Source: Candidatus Poribacteria bacterium (lineage in GTDB: Bacteria; Poribacteria; WGA-4E; WGA-3G). Taken from it: a stretch of 64,000 nucleotides of DNA. Position 1 is the first letter of the stretch. Each line of letters begins with the position of its first letter. The notes below the pieces were generated by a model that was not told the origin of the DNA, ran no database searches, and saw only the letters and a program-made list of their open reading frames with translations. Shown here piece by piece: positions 29,636-39,993 of this stretch. The position numbers and the translations under genes are program-made. Location of the stretch: NCBI GenBank assembly GCA_965261435.1, contig CBDHDL010000021.1, forward strand, positions 2,715,950 to 2,779,949. Direction: 5' to 3'.

Positions 29636-32600
29636 TTATTCTGAAAACATCAATCGTTTGAATATCGGATCTAAGGATTTAGCATCTGGAATGTTGCTGC
29701 ATGTGTTTACATATACTTCGTCTATGTCTACTATTAGTTCTTGTTCCTGAATGAACTGGTAATCGCGTTCATAGTTTTCTTGCCCCCATCCCGCAGTTTC
29801 ACGCCAGATAATGACAACAGTTTTTTGATCAACTATACCTTTGTAGACAAGATAACGTCTTTCACCATCTTGCAGACACTGACGAGTCTGAACTGATAAA
29901 CCCAATAGATAGTTGAAGGTTTCAGGTAAGTCTACTTTCTGCGTTTGTGGCTGCATGTCTTTGACAATCTTGAGTTTGTAGCTAAATGGGTCTTGTAGTT
30001 CAGAGATGTTTAGGAGTGTTTGACTTTCCTTTGTCTCACTTTCCAACATATAACGCAATCGGTGTTCGTCAGTTAGCAGGACTCTTTCGTTATCGGATTC
30101 GTTGAATTCTATGTTATTAAGGGCATCTTCATAGGATTCAATGCGTTGGTATTTGAAAATGTGGGAAAGACAGCTATCACGGGAGACAGGTTTGGAATCT
30201 TTCCATTTTTCAGCATAGACAGCTTTTTTGACGCGAGGCATCAGGACAGTATCAAAATGATGCGCCATTTCAATAAGGATGTATTTACGGTTTCCATTGT
30301 CTTTACGATTGAGATTGATAACAGCATGGGTATTTGTCCCACTGCCAGCAAAAAAGTCAAGTGTCATGCCTTCTCCATCAGGTGTAACTGACCAAACGAG
30401 TTTTTCATACAAACCTACGGGATGAGAATACGGAAAATCTAAACCAAACGCGTCCAGTTGGTGTTTGCCTCTTTCACCAGTAGAAATTACAGACGTTAAT
30501 TCACCTATCAGGTTATCTTTCAAATAACACTTTCTGCGTGGTTGAGTTGTTTCGTCAATCCCAAAACTAACTTCATTATTCTGTAATAAATCATCTATGT
30601 ATTCTGGGGTACTTGACCAACCATTTTTTGGCACAGGACAAGGTTTCTTAGTAATAGGATGAATTAAAGGTCTAAAGTATTTAGGATCTGTTCGAACATC
30701 TCCAGCTCCCATGTGGACTGTTGTATAAACATGTCCATTTTCGTCAATTGCAGAATAAGATCGTTCCATTCCGCTTAACTCTCTTTTCGTGTTGATCCAA
30801 GTTTTATATTCATTACGACATTGGACTGTAACTCCACCATGTGCTTTCACTAATGACGATGCTTTTCTTAGTATCATTTCACCATTAGCATGCTGTGACT
30901 TTAATTTCACATTTCCCTTAGAATGACAAATAGTATATTCGTGTTGTGTTGCTATCGTATTTGATGCTCCAATGGGGTTCCTTTTATCCCATACAACTGT
31001 CCCTTGATCATCCATTGATAGTGTTTTAAAAAACAAAAAGAGTTTCTCATATTCGCTCTCGTCAATATGGGAGAAGAAACAACTATCCTGGGCCATAAAA
31101 TGTTCAGATAAAGTCAATCTATCTGCCATCATTGATAACCAACTTGAATGCTGGTATGAGTTTTTATAGAGAAACCCACTTGTTTGCGTATTATACGGTG
31201 GATCAATATGTATGCATTTTATTGATTCACGATATTTCTCCGTCAGCAGGTTTAGTCCTTGAAAGTTCTCACCGTGAATTAGCAAACCTTCTGTCTCGCC
31301 ATCCAGATCGTCAAAATGCGCCAAGAGGCGATCCTTGAAGATAGAATCAAAATGACAGGTATCCAAAACGAGATTCGGATTTTCTTTGAGAAAGTCAACG
31401 GAGAGCGGTTCGGTATATTCTGTATTGATAAGGTTTTTGTCTATTTCGTGAATAGTAAATAGGTCTTTCCATTCCTCAAGTTGTGCAGTATTCTCTGCAA
31501 TTTCTGGGTAGAAATCTTCTGGCACACGGTCAAGTGTGAGGCAGTAGTCGGTGGATAGAACAAATTTCTTTTTCAGCCAGAGACGTTTTTGGAATTCCTC
31601 AATGTGTGCTAAGAAGTCAATAATCTGTGCAGCAATGTGATGGAAAATCTTGCTTGTTTCAATCCAATTTACTTTCTTCAGGTCATCATCATTGAAATTG
31701 ACATCATCAAAAATAAGGGAGGACATCGGTATCACTTCGCTTTTGATATAAACATCCAGTTCGCGGGCAAGAAATCTCTTTAGATCTTTGTGAATAAAGA
31801 AGTCTGCGGAGTTACGACGTGTGTATCTCTGAAGGTGTGTTTTAAGAAGTGTTACTTCATCTGTTGCTTGTGCCAACTTGCTCTGAATTGTATAATCGTT
31901 TTTCAGATTTGTTAGGATTTCTTTCTCAGCCGTTTCAATGATCTTATCTTGTTGTTTTTGGCCTTTATATACAATTTTCTCTGCATCATTAAGTGGACGG
32001 TATTCAAATGGGATGCAAACTTCATCGGTTTCAGCGTTATAGGTTGTTTCGGAAGATAGAGGAAGGAAGAAACGTTTGACTCCTTTGACGTTGTCTTTTT
32101 CAATATCTACATTTTTCAAATCAAAAATGACAGTGGTGCTACCGACTTTGACTCTATACTCAGAGAAGTGTTCACCACTCTTGACGTAATACTGGTCTCG
32201 GTTTGCCCAATGGAGATATACCTCTTCACCGTTATATGGCACTGCATAACGTTCGGTCTGTGAATAGCGTCTGCGTGGAATGAAGTCACCGTTATCGTAG
32301 TAACGTGAAAAGAAAGTATAAAGGTGATTGAATACGTTATATGAACGTTGGTCAGAGGTTTGCGGGGAACCGATTTGCTCTTGTGCTTCAAGGTATTCCT
32401 TAACCAAGGGACGTTCTTTCACTGTTGCATCAATGAGATCTCCATCAGCGTTTAGAACATCAGCACCAAAAGCATTTATCACCTGACTCCTTAAATCTTC
32501 CAGTTTTTCGCGATCTGATTCAATTTCTGCATTTGCATTAAGCGCGTTTTCAATGATGCTTGGAATTTCCTCTTGAATGAAACTTTGGATGAGATCGCGC

Positions 32601-32722
32601 CGATGATTGATAATACGATAAATACCGAAGTCAAGGTCAGCGACATCTGCGCGGAATAACTTTTGAAGTAAGGATTGTAGTTTTTGTAAGGATTCGGAGC
32701 GGTTGTTTTGAGTTTGTTGCAT
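29636..32722 (-). CDS. beta-class N6-adenine (or N4-C) DNA methyltransferase, Type III Mod-like, with a ~400 aa N-terminal extension
   Basis: Motif IV is IHIDPPYNT (~aa 510) and it precedes motif I LDFFAGSGTNTH (~aa 780), which is the beta-class order. At 1028 aa it is far larger than a typical Mod. Confidence 0.65.
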   Translation of the reverse strand: MQQTQNNRSESLQKLQSLLQKLFRADVADLDFGIYRIINHRRDLIQSFIQEEIPSIIENALNANAEIESDREKLEDLRSQVINAFGADVLNADGDLIDATVKERPLVKEYLEAQEQIGSPQTSDQRSYNVFNHLYTFFSRYYDNGDFIPRRRYSQTERYAVPYNGEEVYLHWANRDQYYVKSGEHFSEYRVKVGSTTVIFDLKNVDIEKDNVKGVKRFFLPLSSETTYNAETDEVCIPFEYRPLNDAEKIVYKGQKQQDKIIETAEKEILTNLKNDYTIQSKLAQATDEVTLLKTHLQRYTRRNSADFFIHKDLKRFLARELDVYIKSEVIPMSSLIFDDVNFNDDDLKKVNWIETSKIFHHIAAQIIDFLAHIEEFQKRLWLKKKFVLSTDYCLTLDRVPEDFYPEIAENTAQLEEWKDLFTIHEIDKNLINTEYTEPLSVDFLKENPNLVLDTCHFDSIFKDRLLAHFDDLDGETEGLLIHGENFQGLNLLTEKYRESIKCIHIDPPYNTQTSGFLYKNSYQHSSWLSMMADRLTLSEHFMAQDSCFFSHIDESEYEKLFLFFKTLSMDDQGTVVWDKRNPIGASNTIATQHEYTICHSKGNVKLKSQHANGEMILRKASSLVKAHGGVTVQCRNEYKTWINTKRELSGMERSYSAIDENGHVYTTVHMGAGDVRTDPKYFRPLIHPITKKPCPVPKNGWSSTPEYIDDLLQNNEVSFGIDETTQPRRKCYLKDNLIGELTSVISTGERGKHQLDAFGLDFPYSHPVGLYEKLVWSVTPDGEGMTLDFFAGSGTNTHAVINLNRKDNGNRKYILIEMAHHFDTVLMPRVKKAVYAEKWKDSKPVSRDSCLSHIFKYQRIESYEDALNNIEFNESDNERVLLTDEHRLRYMLESETKESQTLLNISELQDPFSYKLKIVKDMQPQTQKVDLPETFNYLLGLSVQTRQCLQDGERRYLVYKGIVDQKTVVIIWRETAGWGQENYERDYQFIQEQELIVDIDEVYVNTCSNIPDAKSLDPIFKRLMFSE

Positions 32723-33367
32723 TAAACGACACCCTTAAAGGCAGGAGAACATCTCTATTCCCAACAACGTGTCAAGAATAGAAGAGCAACTCTTCAGATT
32801 ATAGACACCTGCCGAGAGCAGCAAAACAGATATAATAAAGAGAATTTATGGGTGTATTTTGGATTTAGACTGTTTCAAAATAACACCAAGTTGTGTAAAT
32901 ATGTTTTGACAGTCTACAGGGAGGTTGACAGAACATGTCTGTCAATAAGAGAGAAGTATTTTCAGGTAATGCATCCCTATAGGAAGCTGGTTTCCACATA
33001 AAACTAACAGAAAGCGTAACTTTCTGCTATAATAGAAACCAGCGCTGTCATAGTACCTTTATGATAGTGCTAAGCGTCGCAGGTGTTTGTGGCACCGGCG
33101 GCGCACCTAAAAAAATTTAGGCAAGCTTCCCGACGTAACTCACGCGGTCACCGTGAATTATTAACGTCACTTATGTATTATAGCAATTATGCAAAATTTG
33201 TGCAAGAAAAAATATTCTGGGTTAGAATCAGCATGTTTTGCATTACCCATCGCAATGAATGCGTAAATTAGTAGAGCAATCCATCCATAAATGCTATCAC
33301 CTTTTCATGTGAACTGATGGTATAAATCTGTGAATTACTAAACTGGAAGAACTGAAGATCATCACAC

Positions 33368-33576
33368 CTACCACTCCCTCCAATATTGATTTTTTATCAG
33401 TAAATAGCGTAGGTCGGGTAGAGCGAAGCGAAACCCGACACATTTGGTTCATGTCGGGTTTCGCTTCGCTCTACCAGACCTACGACTGATATTTATAAGT
33501 TTGATAAAAAGTGTCAAAAAACCGAAAACTAAATAACCCTGTACCATTCCCTCCTATATTGACTTTTTTTATCAGG
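33368..33576. repeat. 32-nt-arm near-perfect hairpin (33409-33440 / 33452-33483) flanked by ~34 bp direct repeats (33368-33400 and 33542-33576)
   Basis: Seen in sequence. The arms GTAGGTCGGGTAGAGCGAAGCGAAACCCGACA / TGTCGGGTTTCGCTTCGCTCTACCAGACCTAC have one mismatch. Confidence 0.8.
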
Positions 33577-33681
33577 TATGTTAATATGGTTTCATTACTT
33601 GTAATCATGTGAACTAAGGAACTATTTGCAGAATTATGTATAGACTACATAGATTCACTAAACCATTTAAGGAGAAATACA

Positions 33682-34431
33682 TTGAAACAATTACTATGTT
33701 TATTGATATCTTCTGTACTCTTGATGTGTTTAATTTCAGGTGTAACTGCAGAAGATGCTTTAGTAGCATACTTTTCATTTGATGGTGATGCAGAAGATTC
33801 ATCTGGAAACGAAAACCATGGCGTCATAAAAGGCAACTCTAAATGGGATAAAGGAAAATTTGGTGATGCGATTCATCTTGATGTTGGTGCACATGTTGAG
33901 ATGATGGTATCTGAATCATTACATGGAAATCTATTCAAAACCGACCCTTTTACGATTTCTGTATGGATAAATCCAACATTTGAAGGTGGGCAATGGCAAC
34001 AGATATGGCGAAGTCTGCCTGGGGATGCGGGACACAATACTTTATTTGTTAACACAGTTCAAGGTTTATTGTCATGGAGAGGGCGAGTCGCTGGCTGGAC
34101 TGTTCTATGTGAAACTGATGCTGGTCAAATCAAAAAGGATGAGTGGAGTCATACTGTCGTCCAAAGTGATGGAAAGAACTATAGGATATATATTAATGGT
34201 AAGTTGGCTAAAGAGACAGACTTTCAAGAAACCACCGGGGCAAATAATACCTACCGACTTGGCGGTGAAGGTGGTGAAGGATATGGCGGTGCGATCGATG
34301 ATGCCGCTGTCTTTTCACGGAATTTAAGTGAAAATGAGATTTCAGCATTGGGAGATGGACTTGATACGTTTTTGTCGATTGAACCTAATCACAAATTGAC
34401 AACACGGTGGGGAAAAATTAAAGGCTTTTGA
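33682..34431 (+). CDS. secreted LamG/concanavalin A-like domain protein with a C-terminal ..KLTTRWGKIKGF tail
   Basis: It has a signal peptide. Features are DSSGNENHG, YINGKL, and AAVFSRNLSENEI. Confidence 0.8.
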   Translation: MKQLLCLLISSVLLMCLISGVTAEDALVAYFSFDGDAEDSSGNENHGVIKGNSKWDKGKFGDAIHLDVGAHVEMMVSESLHGNLFKTDPFTISVWINPTFEGGQWQQIWRSLPGDAGHNTLFVNTVQGLLSWRGRVAGWTVLCETDAGQIKKDEWSHTVVQSDGKNYRIYINGKLAKETDFQETTGANNTYRLGGEGGEGYGGAIDDAAVFSRNLSENEISALGDGLDTFLSIEPNHKLTTRWGKIKGF

Positions 34432-34460
34432 TTTTCACGTTATGAAGTTTAAAAAAAATA

Positions 34461-34560
34461 TTTAGGTAATTTGGCGAGGTTAGGAAACCTCGCCAGCAGC
34501 GTGGTGTGCCTGCCTTATGCAAACAAGAAATTACTCAATTTATTATTTGATCTTCATTTA
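34461..34560. repeat. copy of the GGCGAGGTT-AGGA-AACCTCGCC hairpin element plus its conserved downstream flank
   Basis: About 85% identical to 6448-6550. It sits between the LamG gene stop and the phosphohexomutase gene start. Confidence 0.8.
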
Positions 34561-34588
34561 TTAGTTGGCATATATATGGAGCGAGCAG

Positions 34589-36775
34589 ATGGTAATTGCT
34601 GTAGATGCAGCGTCCCTTGAGAAACGAAATCAGACAGAGCAACAACTTTTCAAAGTTGTTGAGCAGAATACACCCGACCCAATGAAATCACCCCTTTTTC
34701 CACAAGACGAACCTGAAGCCTTTACATTCATGCTAAACAAGGAACTCATTAGTCAATTGAACCTAAGGGAATGGTTCCGAAACTACGCAAAGGAAGCGCA
34801 AGTATCAACTGCGGGAATACGTGGACCACAAAACATCCTCTATCCATGGGATACACGGTTCCCAATAAATCAGGTTGGAATAATATTAGCTACACTCGGA
34901 AAAAGTTTGGTGGCAAAGGAAAACTCAGACGGGAAACAGATAGAAAAACTTGCAGGATGTGAAGTACGCTACAATTCTCAAAAGTATGTAGAGTTTATCG
35001 CTCGTATACAGGCTGCACAAGGTATCCGAACATATCTCCCAAAAGGGTTTGGAACGTTACCTATTTGGATGGCATCGTTTCTCATTTTTATGTTAGATTT
35101 AGATGGCGGAGAACATGTTACATCAAGCCACTCGGTTAGCACAAAAAACGCTACGAAAGATCTAAACAATCAGGGGAGTCAATATCTACCTGAAGAATCT
35201 ATGCAGTTTGTCAAAAAAATTGATGAAATTTTGACTGTCGCTGAGATAGACGGTTACACTGTAAAGTTCAGCGCAATCGATGACGAATACATCGATTTTG
35301 AAAGGTTGGACGAACTGCATGATGGCGTGCATCTTTATGTCGGTTATCTGAAAAGTGGTGTCGCCACAAATACAAACCTCAACCTTATACGCAAAGTCAA
35401 ACCCCGTATTGTCGTTGATTGTGTAGGTGGATGTATGTATCGACCCATGCGTGCAATCTTTGAACGATTAGGGATTGCCGACTCTGTCCGATGGCTGCAT
35501 GTTGACGCTGATCCACTCTATCACAACATCGGAAAACTGGACCACAATCCGAAGACAGGTGACGCAGAGTTTTACGACCTTGGATGTGATTTTAGTATCC
35601 TTGATGTCGTCAAATCTGCCCAATATGCAACAAAACTGAAAAATCAACCTATCGGGACAATCATTGAAGCAACCGATCCGGATGGTGATAGACTCATCGT
35701 CTGTCAAATAGAAGATAAACACCGTGAAGAAACGCTGCAAAATCTCGGTATAGATTGTCTGACACTTGATGGTGATAGATTGCTGACTATTTACACACCG
35801 AATCAAGCGTTCTTAATGTTGATGGACTTCTATACAAAGCAACTTAAGACTTCTGGACTTTGGGACAATCATCCACGATTTATGATAAAAACAACACCTT
35901 CTGCGCTCGCTTGGGACCAATGGGGAGAAGCAAACGGTGTCCAGGTGATTAATGTTCCTGTAGGTTTCAAAGAAATCGCATCCATAATGAAAAAGATTGA
36001 GAAACAGATTGCCGATTCACCCGATGAAGCAGTTGTTATCCAAGATGTTTATGGTGAAACTATTAAACTTGGTGTGCAACCACGATTAATCTTTTCAGGT
36101 GAAGAGAGTGGAGGAATGATTACCGGTCCAGAAGAACTCATAAAAAGTCACGGTGGAAGAGTAGCAATTGCCATGCGCGAAAAATCCGCTGGTGAATCGA
36201 TGGTGTTGGTAACGGCACTTGCTGCGCATTGTAAACAAGCAAACATTTCTCTGTCCGATTACCTCGCTTCAGTGTTTGTTGAAAGCGAAATCACTGCTAC
36301 GTGTGATGTCAGAGAGGATATAACCTATTACAACGAGTCTGAACCGAATCCTGAAAAACTACAACAAGCGAAACGCGAAGGTGAAGCAAAACGCGACAAA
36401 AATGACCTGTTTTTTCTCGGACTTGCTATCGCATTACGGGAAGGAAAAATCGATATAAACCAAGTCCGTACTATCCTTGCCGATGCACTCCCTGAACTTC
36501 AATTTGCGACTCTTGAAAGTGTGCATTTTGTCGGGGATGGCAGCTACCTAAAGTTTACTGATAAATTCGTAGAAGTCCGAAAATCTGGCACAGACGCAAA
36601 GACTAAAGCTTATGCGTCGGGGCCTGATAAAAGCGAATGCAGAAGATTCGCAAAATCCTTCGGTGAAACAAGTGGAGAACTGACCGAACTTTACCTATCT
36701 GAGATTGGTCAAAATTACTTAGAAGGTGTTGAAACAAAGGCACAACAAATTTATGATGCTTTTCAATCAGCGTAG
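34589..36775 (+). CDS. alpha-D-phosphohexomutase family protein (phosphoglucomutase/phosphomannomutase-like)
   Basis: The metal-binding loop is DPDGDR and the sugar loop is GEESGG. TSSHS is the active-site Ser region. A GGAG RBS precedes the ATG at 34589. Confidence 0.8.
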   Translation: MVIAVDAASLEKRNQTEQQLFKVVEQNTPDPMKSPLFPQDEPEAFTFMLNKELISQLNLREWFRNYAKEAQVSTAGIRGPQNILYPWDTRFPINQVGIILATLGKSLVAKENSDGKQIEKLAGCEVRYNSQKYVEFIARIQAAQGIRTYLPKGFGTLPIWMASFLIFMLDLDGGEHVTSSHSVSTKNATKDLNNQGSQYLPEESMQFVKKIDEILTVAEIDGYTVKFSAIDDEYIDFERLDELHDGVHLYVGYLKSGVATNTNLNLIRKVKPRIVVDCVGGCMYRPMRAIFERLGIADSVRWLHVDADPLYHNIGKLDHNPKTGDAEFYDLGCDFSILDVVKSAQYATKLKNQPIGTIIEATDPDGDRLIVCQIEDKHREETLQNLGIDCLTLDGDRLLTIYTPNQAFLMLMDFYTKQLKTSGLWDNHPRFMIKTTPSALAWDQWGEANGVQVINVPVGFKEIASIMKKIEKQIADSPDEAVVIQDVYGETIKLGVQPRLIFSGEESGGMITGPEELIKSHGGRVAIAMREKSAGESMVLVTALAAHCKQANISLSDYLASVFVESEITATCDVREDITYYNESEPNPEKLQQAKREGEAKRDKNDLFFLGLAIALREGKIDINQVRTILADALPELQFATLESVHFVGDGSYLKFTDKFVEVRKSGTDAKTKAYASGPDKSECRRFAKSFGETSGELTELYLSEIGQNYLEGVETKAQQIYDAFQSA

Positions 36776-36841
36776 CGAAGTCATTACACAAAAAGTGACT
36801 GCAAATGTAATAGCATACTCACCTCAATAAAGGAGATTGCC

Positions 36842-37939
36842 ATGAAAAGATCAAATATCACCTTTTCCATATTGCTTGCGTTTATAGCAACCCTATTATT
36901 CCTTTCGACCACTAATGCTAAATGGACTGTCATCCGTGAGGATAATTTTATACGCGATGATGGTATACAAGGGATGCTACACGATGTTCATTTTATGGAT
37001 AGTCAAAACGGATTGGTAGTTGGAGATAACGGTTTAGTCCTTGAAACCGCAGACGGTGGAAAGACTTGGTCTAAAAAAGAAATTAATATGCGTCCTCCAG
37101 GGGCTGCACAAGCACAGAGAAGACCGCAAGGGACAGGAGGTGGACCACCGCCAGGTTTAGGTGGGGGTGGTACTGCAACCCTATATAATATCTATTTTGT
37201 AGATGAAAAAATCGGATACCTGACTGGTGCAAGAGGAACTATTTTAAAGACCGATGATGGTGGGAAAACTTGGAATCGGAAAATGGCAAGAAACGAGGCT
37301 GCAAATCAAAATAATAACCGACGTCGCGGGGGTGGAATCCGTGCCAGTCTAATGGGAATTCAGATGATTGACGAAAAGACCGGATTCATTGTGGGTACTG
37401 AAAACGCAATTCTGAAAACAACCGATGGGGGAGAAACTTGGATCGGTAAGTCCGAACGTGTCCGCGTCGGTGAAACTCGCAACAATTTGGAAAATATACG
37501 CTTCGTTTCACCAACAACAGGTTGGATAATCGGTTCATTCGGAACACTTCTCTATACCAAAGATAGTGGTGAAACATGGGAAAAACGTAATCCCGGTTTC
37601 GACAACAATCTATTTGGTATTCACTTTCATGATGAAAAAACTGGATGGATTTGTGGACAGGAAGGATTGATTCTCAACACAACCGATGGCGGCAAGACAT
37701 GGAAACAGCAGAAAACAGATTCTTATGATAACCTGCTGGATATTTACTTCGTTGACAATATGGTAGGATGGGCTGTGGGAGACTATAGTGCTGTCTTGCA
37801 CACCACAGATGGAGGCAAAACTTGGACTGCATCAAAAGCTGGTGGAAGTGGCACTCTCAAAGGTGTTCACGCCACAGACAAAAGCCATTGTTGGACAGTA
37901 GATGACTGGGGTGTGATAGCAGCCTATAAAACAGAATAA
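36842..37939 (+). CDS. secreted BNR/Asp-box repeat beta-propeller protein (Ycf48-like)
   Basis: It has a signal peptide and about 6 repeats of T(D/T)DGG(K/E)TW, with a Gly-rich linker. Confidence 0.75.
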   Translation: MKRSNITFSILLAFIATLLFLSTTNAKWTVIREDNFIRDDGIQGMLHDVHFMDSQNGLVVGDNGLVLETADGGKTWSKKEINMRPPGAAQAQRRPQGTGGGPPPGLGGGGTATLYNIYFVDEKIGYLTGARGTILKTDDGGKTWNRKMARNEAANQNNNRRRGGGIRASLMGIQMIDEKTGFIVGTENAILKTTDGGETWIGKSERVRVGETRNNLENIRFVSPTTGWIIGSFGTLLYTKDSGETWEKRNPGFDNNLFGIHFHDEKTGWICGQEGLILNTTDGGKTWKQQKTDSYDNLLDIYFVDNMVGWAVGDYSAVLHTTDGGKTWTASKAGGSGTLKGVHATDKSHCWTVDDWGVIAAYKTE

Positions 37940-38023
37940 AACAGAATAAAACAGAATAATACATGCTGTAAAAAGTACTACGATTTTTTAAAATGTCTAT
38001 AATTTTCTATTACGGAGATATAA

Positions 38024-39235
38024 ATGTCAGAACAGAGAAACCATAAAATTACAATGCTTGGAACTGGACTTATTGGCATGTTCTATACGATGACAATGCA
38101 CAACCAACGCGGTGCGGACCGTGTCCACGCTGTATATTCCCGACGTGAGGAGCGTGCAACAGATTTTGCTAAAGAGTGGAATATTCCCAACGCCACGACC
38201 AATTTAGAGGAAGCAATCAATCATCCTGAAACAGATGTTGTTGTCATCGGGTTACCCAACAACCTGCATTTAAAGGCGGTAGAACTCGCAACTGCAGCAG
38301 GCAAAGCCATTCTCTGCACTAAACCTTTAGGACGCACCGCCGAAGAGGCAAAAACTATGCTTGATCTTGTAGAAGACGCAGGGGTGTTTGGCGGATATCT
38401 TGAGGATTTAGTCTATCCTCCGAAAACACTCAAAGCGTTAGAGTCTGTCCAGAACGGTGCCCTCGGTAAAATATTGTGGGTACGTTCTCGTGAAACGCAC
38501 CCCGGTCCACATAGTGATTGGTTTTGGGATCTGGAACAGGCAGGTGGTGGCGCGATTGTTGATATGGGATGTCACTGCATCGAAATCATCAGAAACTTTG
38601 TCGGGAAGGATAACAGACCGCTTGAGGTAATGTGTTGGGCAGATACACTTGTACATCCAATTGACGCAGAAGACCACGGCATCGCGCTGATACGTTTTGA
38701 AAGTGGTGCGATGGGACAGTTTGAGGTCGGTTGGGCATTCCGTGGTGGAATGGATCTCCGTGATGAAGTCTCTGGCAGCGAAGGCACTATCTGGCTTAAT
38801 CACTGGCTCCGTACAGGTTTTGAAATGTTTACATCTGTCGGTCAAGGAGGTTATGTTGCTGAAAAAGCTGAGGGTGATACAGGTTGGCTTTTCCCTGTCG
38901 GTGATGAAGTAGCGGAACTCGGATATAGGGATATGTTCCTTGATATGTTCAATGCTATTGACGAAGGTAGAGAACCCTTGGAGACCTTCTATGATGGATA
39001 TGTTGTAAATGCCATCATTGACGCCTGCTATAAATCCGCGAAATCCAAAAAGTGGGAAGCCATTGAACTTGAGGATTGGCGTGGTACGACAGATACAGCA
39101 GAAGCAGAAGCAGGAAAGTCAGATGCTGATGAACGGTTTGCACACCTAAAAGACGAACGCATGCCTGATGGTAGAATGAAACGTATCTATAGAGACCGAG
39201 AAACAGGTGAAATTATTGAACGCGTAGAGGAGTAA
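38024..39235 (+). CDS. Gfo/Idh/MocA family NAD(P)-dependent oxidoreductase
   Basis: The N-terminal Rossmann region is [10 protein letters not shown], followed by the family motif CTKPLG. Confidence 0.8.
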   Translation: MSEQRNHKITMLGTGLIGMFYTMTMHNQRGADRVHAVYSRREERATDFAKEWNIPNATTNLEEAINHPETDVVVIGLPNNLHLKAVELATAAGKAILCTKPLGRTAEEAKTMLDLVEDAGVFGGYLEDLVYPPKTLKALESVQNGALGKILWVRSRETHPGPHSDWFWDLEQAGGGAIVDMGCHCIEIIRNFVGKDNRPLEVMCWADTLVHPIDAEDHGIALIRFESGAMGQFEVGWAFRGGMDLRDEVSGSEGTIWLNHWLRTGFEMFTSVGQGGYVAEKAEGDTGWLFPVGDEVAELGYRDMFLDMFNAIDEGREPLETFYDGYVVNAIIDACYKSAKSKKWEAIELEDWRGTTDTAEAEAGKSDADERFAHLKDERMPDGRMKRIYRDRETGEIIERVEE

Positions 39236-39237
39236 AA

Positions 39238-39927
39238 ATGCAGAATACAAAACCTTATCAAATTCCTTATGTGCCAACAGAAGATACTATCATATATCCA
39301 GAAACAGATGGTGAACCGCTTGCTGAAACAGAACGCCACCTCAGACATATTATTCGGATGTTAGATATGCTTGAGACCCATTTCTTGAATGTATCAGATG
39401 TTTATGTGTGGAGTAATATGATGATGTATTACAAAATGGGAAATCCAAGAGTATTCGTCAAACCTGATATTTTCGTTTCCTTTGGTATTGGCAAACAGGA
39501 ACGACGTATTTATAAAGTGTGGGAAGAGGGAAAACCTCCAGATTTCATCATGGAGTTCGCAAGTAAAAGCACCTACGGCAATGATCTAACTGTCAAGAAG
39601 GACATCTATACAGCAATTGGCGTTACAGAATATTTTCTATATGATCCGTATAAATCCTGTTTGCCATCAACATTAATGGGTTATCGACGTGTTGGTGAAG
39701 AATATATTGAAATTTCACCGCTTGAAGATGGAACTATACATTCAGAGACATTAAACTTGGACTTCCAATCACAAGAGGATGGATGCGGTGTTTTTGACCC
39801 TGTTGCAGGAGAGTGGTTAAAGACTCGTGCTGAAAAGGAAGAAGCAAAACGCAAGAAAGCAGAGGATGAATTGGAAAAACTACGAGAAAGAATCAAGACT
39901 CTGGAATCTAAGTCCGCTGATTCATAG
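39238..39927 (+). CDS. Uma2 (DUF820) family putative endonuclease with a C-terminal coiled coil
   Basis: ETDGEPLAETERH .. DVYVWSNMMMYY .. KPDIFV .. PDFIMEFASKST .. GVTEYFLYDP are Uma2-like. Confidence 0.75.
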   Translation: MQNTKPYQIPYVPTEDTIIYPETDGEPLAETERHLRHIIRMLDMLETHFLNVSDVYVWSNMMMYYKMGNPRVFVKPDIFVSFGIGKQERRIYKVWEEGKPPDFIMEFASKSTYGNDLTVKKDIYTAIGVTEYFLYDPYKSCLPSTLMGYRRVGEEYIEISPLEDGTIHSETLNLDFQSQEDGCGVFDPVAGEWLKTRAEKEEAKRKKAEDELEKLRERIKTLESKSADS

Positions 39928-39993
39928 GTCTTCACCAATGTCGTTTCAATGTATCTGTTTTTCTCTCATTCCATATCAATATAGGCAAACATA

